Under the pieces are notes generated by a model, which saw nothing but the letters and a program-made list of their open reading frames with translations, ran no database searches and was not told the DNA's origin. A program made the position numbers and the translations under genes. 64,000 nucleotides of DNA from Mustelus asterias (Eukaryota): positions 13,206,001 to 13,270,000 of the forward strand of contig NC_135830.1 in assembly GCF_964213995.1 (NCBI RefSeq), given 5' to 3'. This document shows positions 62,025 to 64,000 of this stretch, in pieces (the stretch's first letter is position 1; each line of letters opens with the position of its first letter).

Positions 62025-62984
62025 ATGACGATATGCGAAATGGAAGCAGATCTGGCTTTCTGGAGGAGCAAATAAACTGGTTCTGCAAGTCCTTGCACTC
62101 CTCACATCAATTTACATTTGCATTGCTTCTGCTGGTACCTTCTGTCACAATGAATAATTATGCATTCCAATACATCAAACTTTTGTGATCACACGCTCGG
62201 GCAAAGGTATTTCATTACGTTTAAAGTCAGCAGGATAACTGACAAAGGTGGGATTCGATCCCATTCCTCCACAGATACCGTTTCCCTAAATTCAATAGTT
62301 TAAATTTCTCATGATCGCTAACAGTGCAAAAGGTGGCTGTCATCTCTGGCATTGCCAGTGAACAGAATAAATGGAGCAGCGTTTAGTCAAATGTCCAACT
62401 GAACATCCTCCACCACTTAGTAAAATGTTAGCAGATCCCCAGACTCAACATAAATTACCCACCCTATCTCGAAAGCCCTTAATTCCCTCAGATTCCAAAA
62501 TACACTCTATCTCAGCCTTCAATATCCTAATGATTGAGGATTCACAGATCGCTGGGCGAGAGAGTTTCAAAGATTCACACATCTTTGATCGAATAAGTAT
62601 CTCCTTGTCTCTATCCTAAATGGCTGACACGTGAGCAGGCGTTTTGTAAAGTCTCATTCAAAATTTGAAGAAGTGCAAATATCACATGATTGTGAGATAA
62701 CGTAATCCCTTAATATTTAACAACAAACGGGAATGAGACAACTTTTCCTCACACTGAGAGTTGACTGATTTTTAATAATAATGTCTTGCACTTTTCGAAA
62801 AGGTGAATGCAATAACCGTCACACTTCAGAAACAAATTACAGATGAAAGCGGCAGAAATTGATGTGTGCCGGTTACTTTCAGCGATAAATATCTGTTGTG
62901 GGTTACCCTGTAAATTTCACAGGATCAACAGAGGTGAGATTGGTGGGTCCTGAAATTTGGAAGTTACACATGAACAGTTTGTGG

Positions 62985-64000
62985 GGCTATTGTGGGGCTA
63001 CTGTCAGGGAAAGGCACTAATGAAAAGTGGAACTTTTTCAAGGAACAAATACTGGGTGTCCTTGATAGGTATGTCCCTGTCACGCATGGAGGAAATGGCC
63101 GAGTGAGGGAACCATGGTTCACGAAAGAGGTGGAATTGTTTGCGAAAAGGAAAGAGGGAAGCCTATGTAGGGATGAGGAAACAAGGTTCAGATGGCTCGA
63201 TTGAGGGTTACAAGTTAGCAAGGAACGAGCTGAAAAAGGGGCTTAGGAGAGCTTGGAGGGGACATGAGAAGTCCTTGGCGGGTCGGATCAAGGAAAACCC
63301 CAAGGCTTTTTACTCTTATGTGAGGAATAAAAGAATGACCAGGGTGAGGTTAGGGCCGGTCAAGGACAGTAGTGGGAACTTGTGTATGGAGTCAGTAGAG
63401 ATAGGCGAGGTGATGAATGAATACTTTTCTTCAGTGTTCACCAAGGAGAGGGGCCATGTTTTTGAGGAAGAGAAGGTGTTACAGGCTTATAGGCTGGAGG
63501 AAATAGATGTTCGGAGGGAGGATGTCCTGGCAGTTTTGAATAAACTGAAGGTCGATATGTCCCCTGGGCCTGATAAAATATATCCTAGGATTCTTTGGGA
63601 GGCAAGGCATGAGATTGCAGAGCCTTTGGCTTTGATCTTTGGGTCCTTACTGTCCACGGGGATGGTGCCAGAGGACTGGAGAGTGGTGAATGTTGTTCCT
63701 CTGTTTAAGAAAGGGAATAGAAATGACCCTGGTAATTATAGACCGGTTAGTCTTACTTCGGTGGTTGTTTAATTGATGGAAAAGGTCCTTAGGGATGAGA
63801 TTTACGACCATTTAGAACGATGCGGATTAATCCGGGATAGTCAGCACGGATTCGTGAAGGGCAAGTCGTGCCTCACAAACTTGATTGAATTTTTTGAGGA
63901 GATAACTAAGTGTGTTGATGAAGGTAGGGCAGTTGATGCCACATACATGGATTTTAGTAAGGCGTTTGATAAGGTCCCCCATGGTCGGCTTATGATGAAA
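62985..64000 (+). mobile_element. CR1 LINE running off the window end
   Basis: ORFs 62992-63204 and 63140-63772; NYRPVSLTS, QHGF, DFSKAFD. Confidence 0.95.

Overview
Eukaryotic (vertebrate) genomic DNA, almost certainly from a cartilaginous fish: it carries HE1/V-SINE-type tRNA-SINEs, many CR1/HER1-type LINE fragments and a divergent GPR139-like GPCR. The backbone is a duplicated, decaying tRNA gene cluster. About four genes are intact or near-intact (Pro-AGG with an unusual 18-nt intron, Ile-TAT with intron, Glu-CTC, Gln-CTG), alongside about 20 Val/Gln/Glu/Asn/Leu/Arg/Cys/Lys/Thr/Pro pseudogenes. Interleaved are two T-cell receptor alpha/delta-type V segments with 23-bp RSSs, in opposite orientation: one frameshifted, one with an intact V exon but a damaged leader. 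One intact two-exon GPR139-like gene (334 aa, 6.7-kb intron) lies on the minus strand. The rest is mobile DNA: CR1, Rex1/Babar and Penelope fragments, a dead Buster/Charlie hAT transposon with a nested CR1 and SINE, a 3.7-kb SINE-derived 59-bp minisatellite and a G-rich tract. Family assignments come from recognising motifs by eye, not from searches, and repeat boundaries are approximate.
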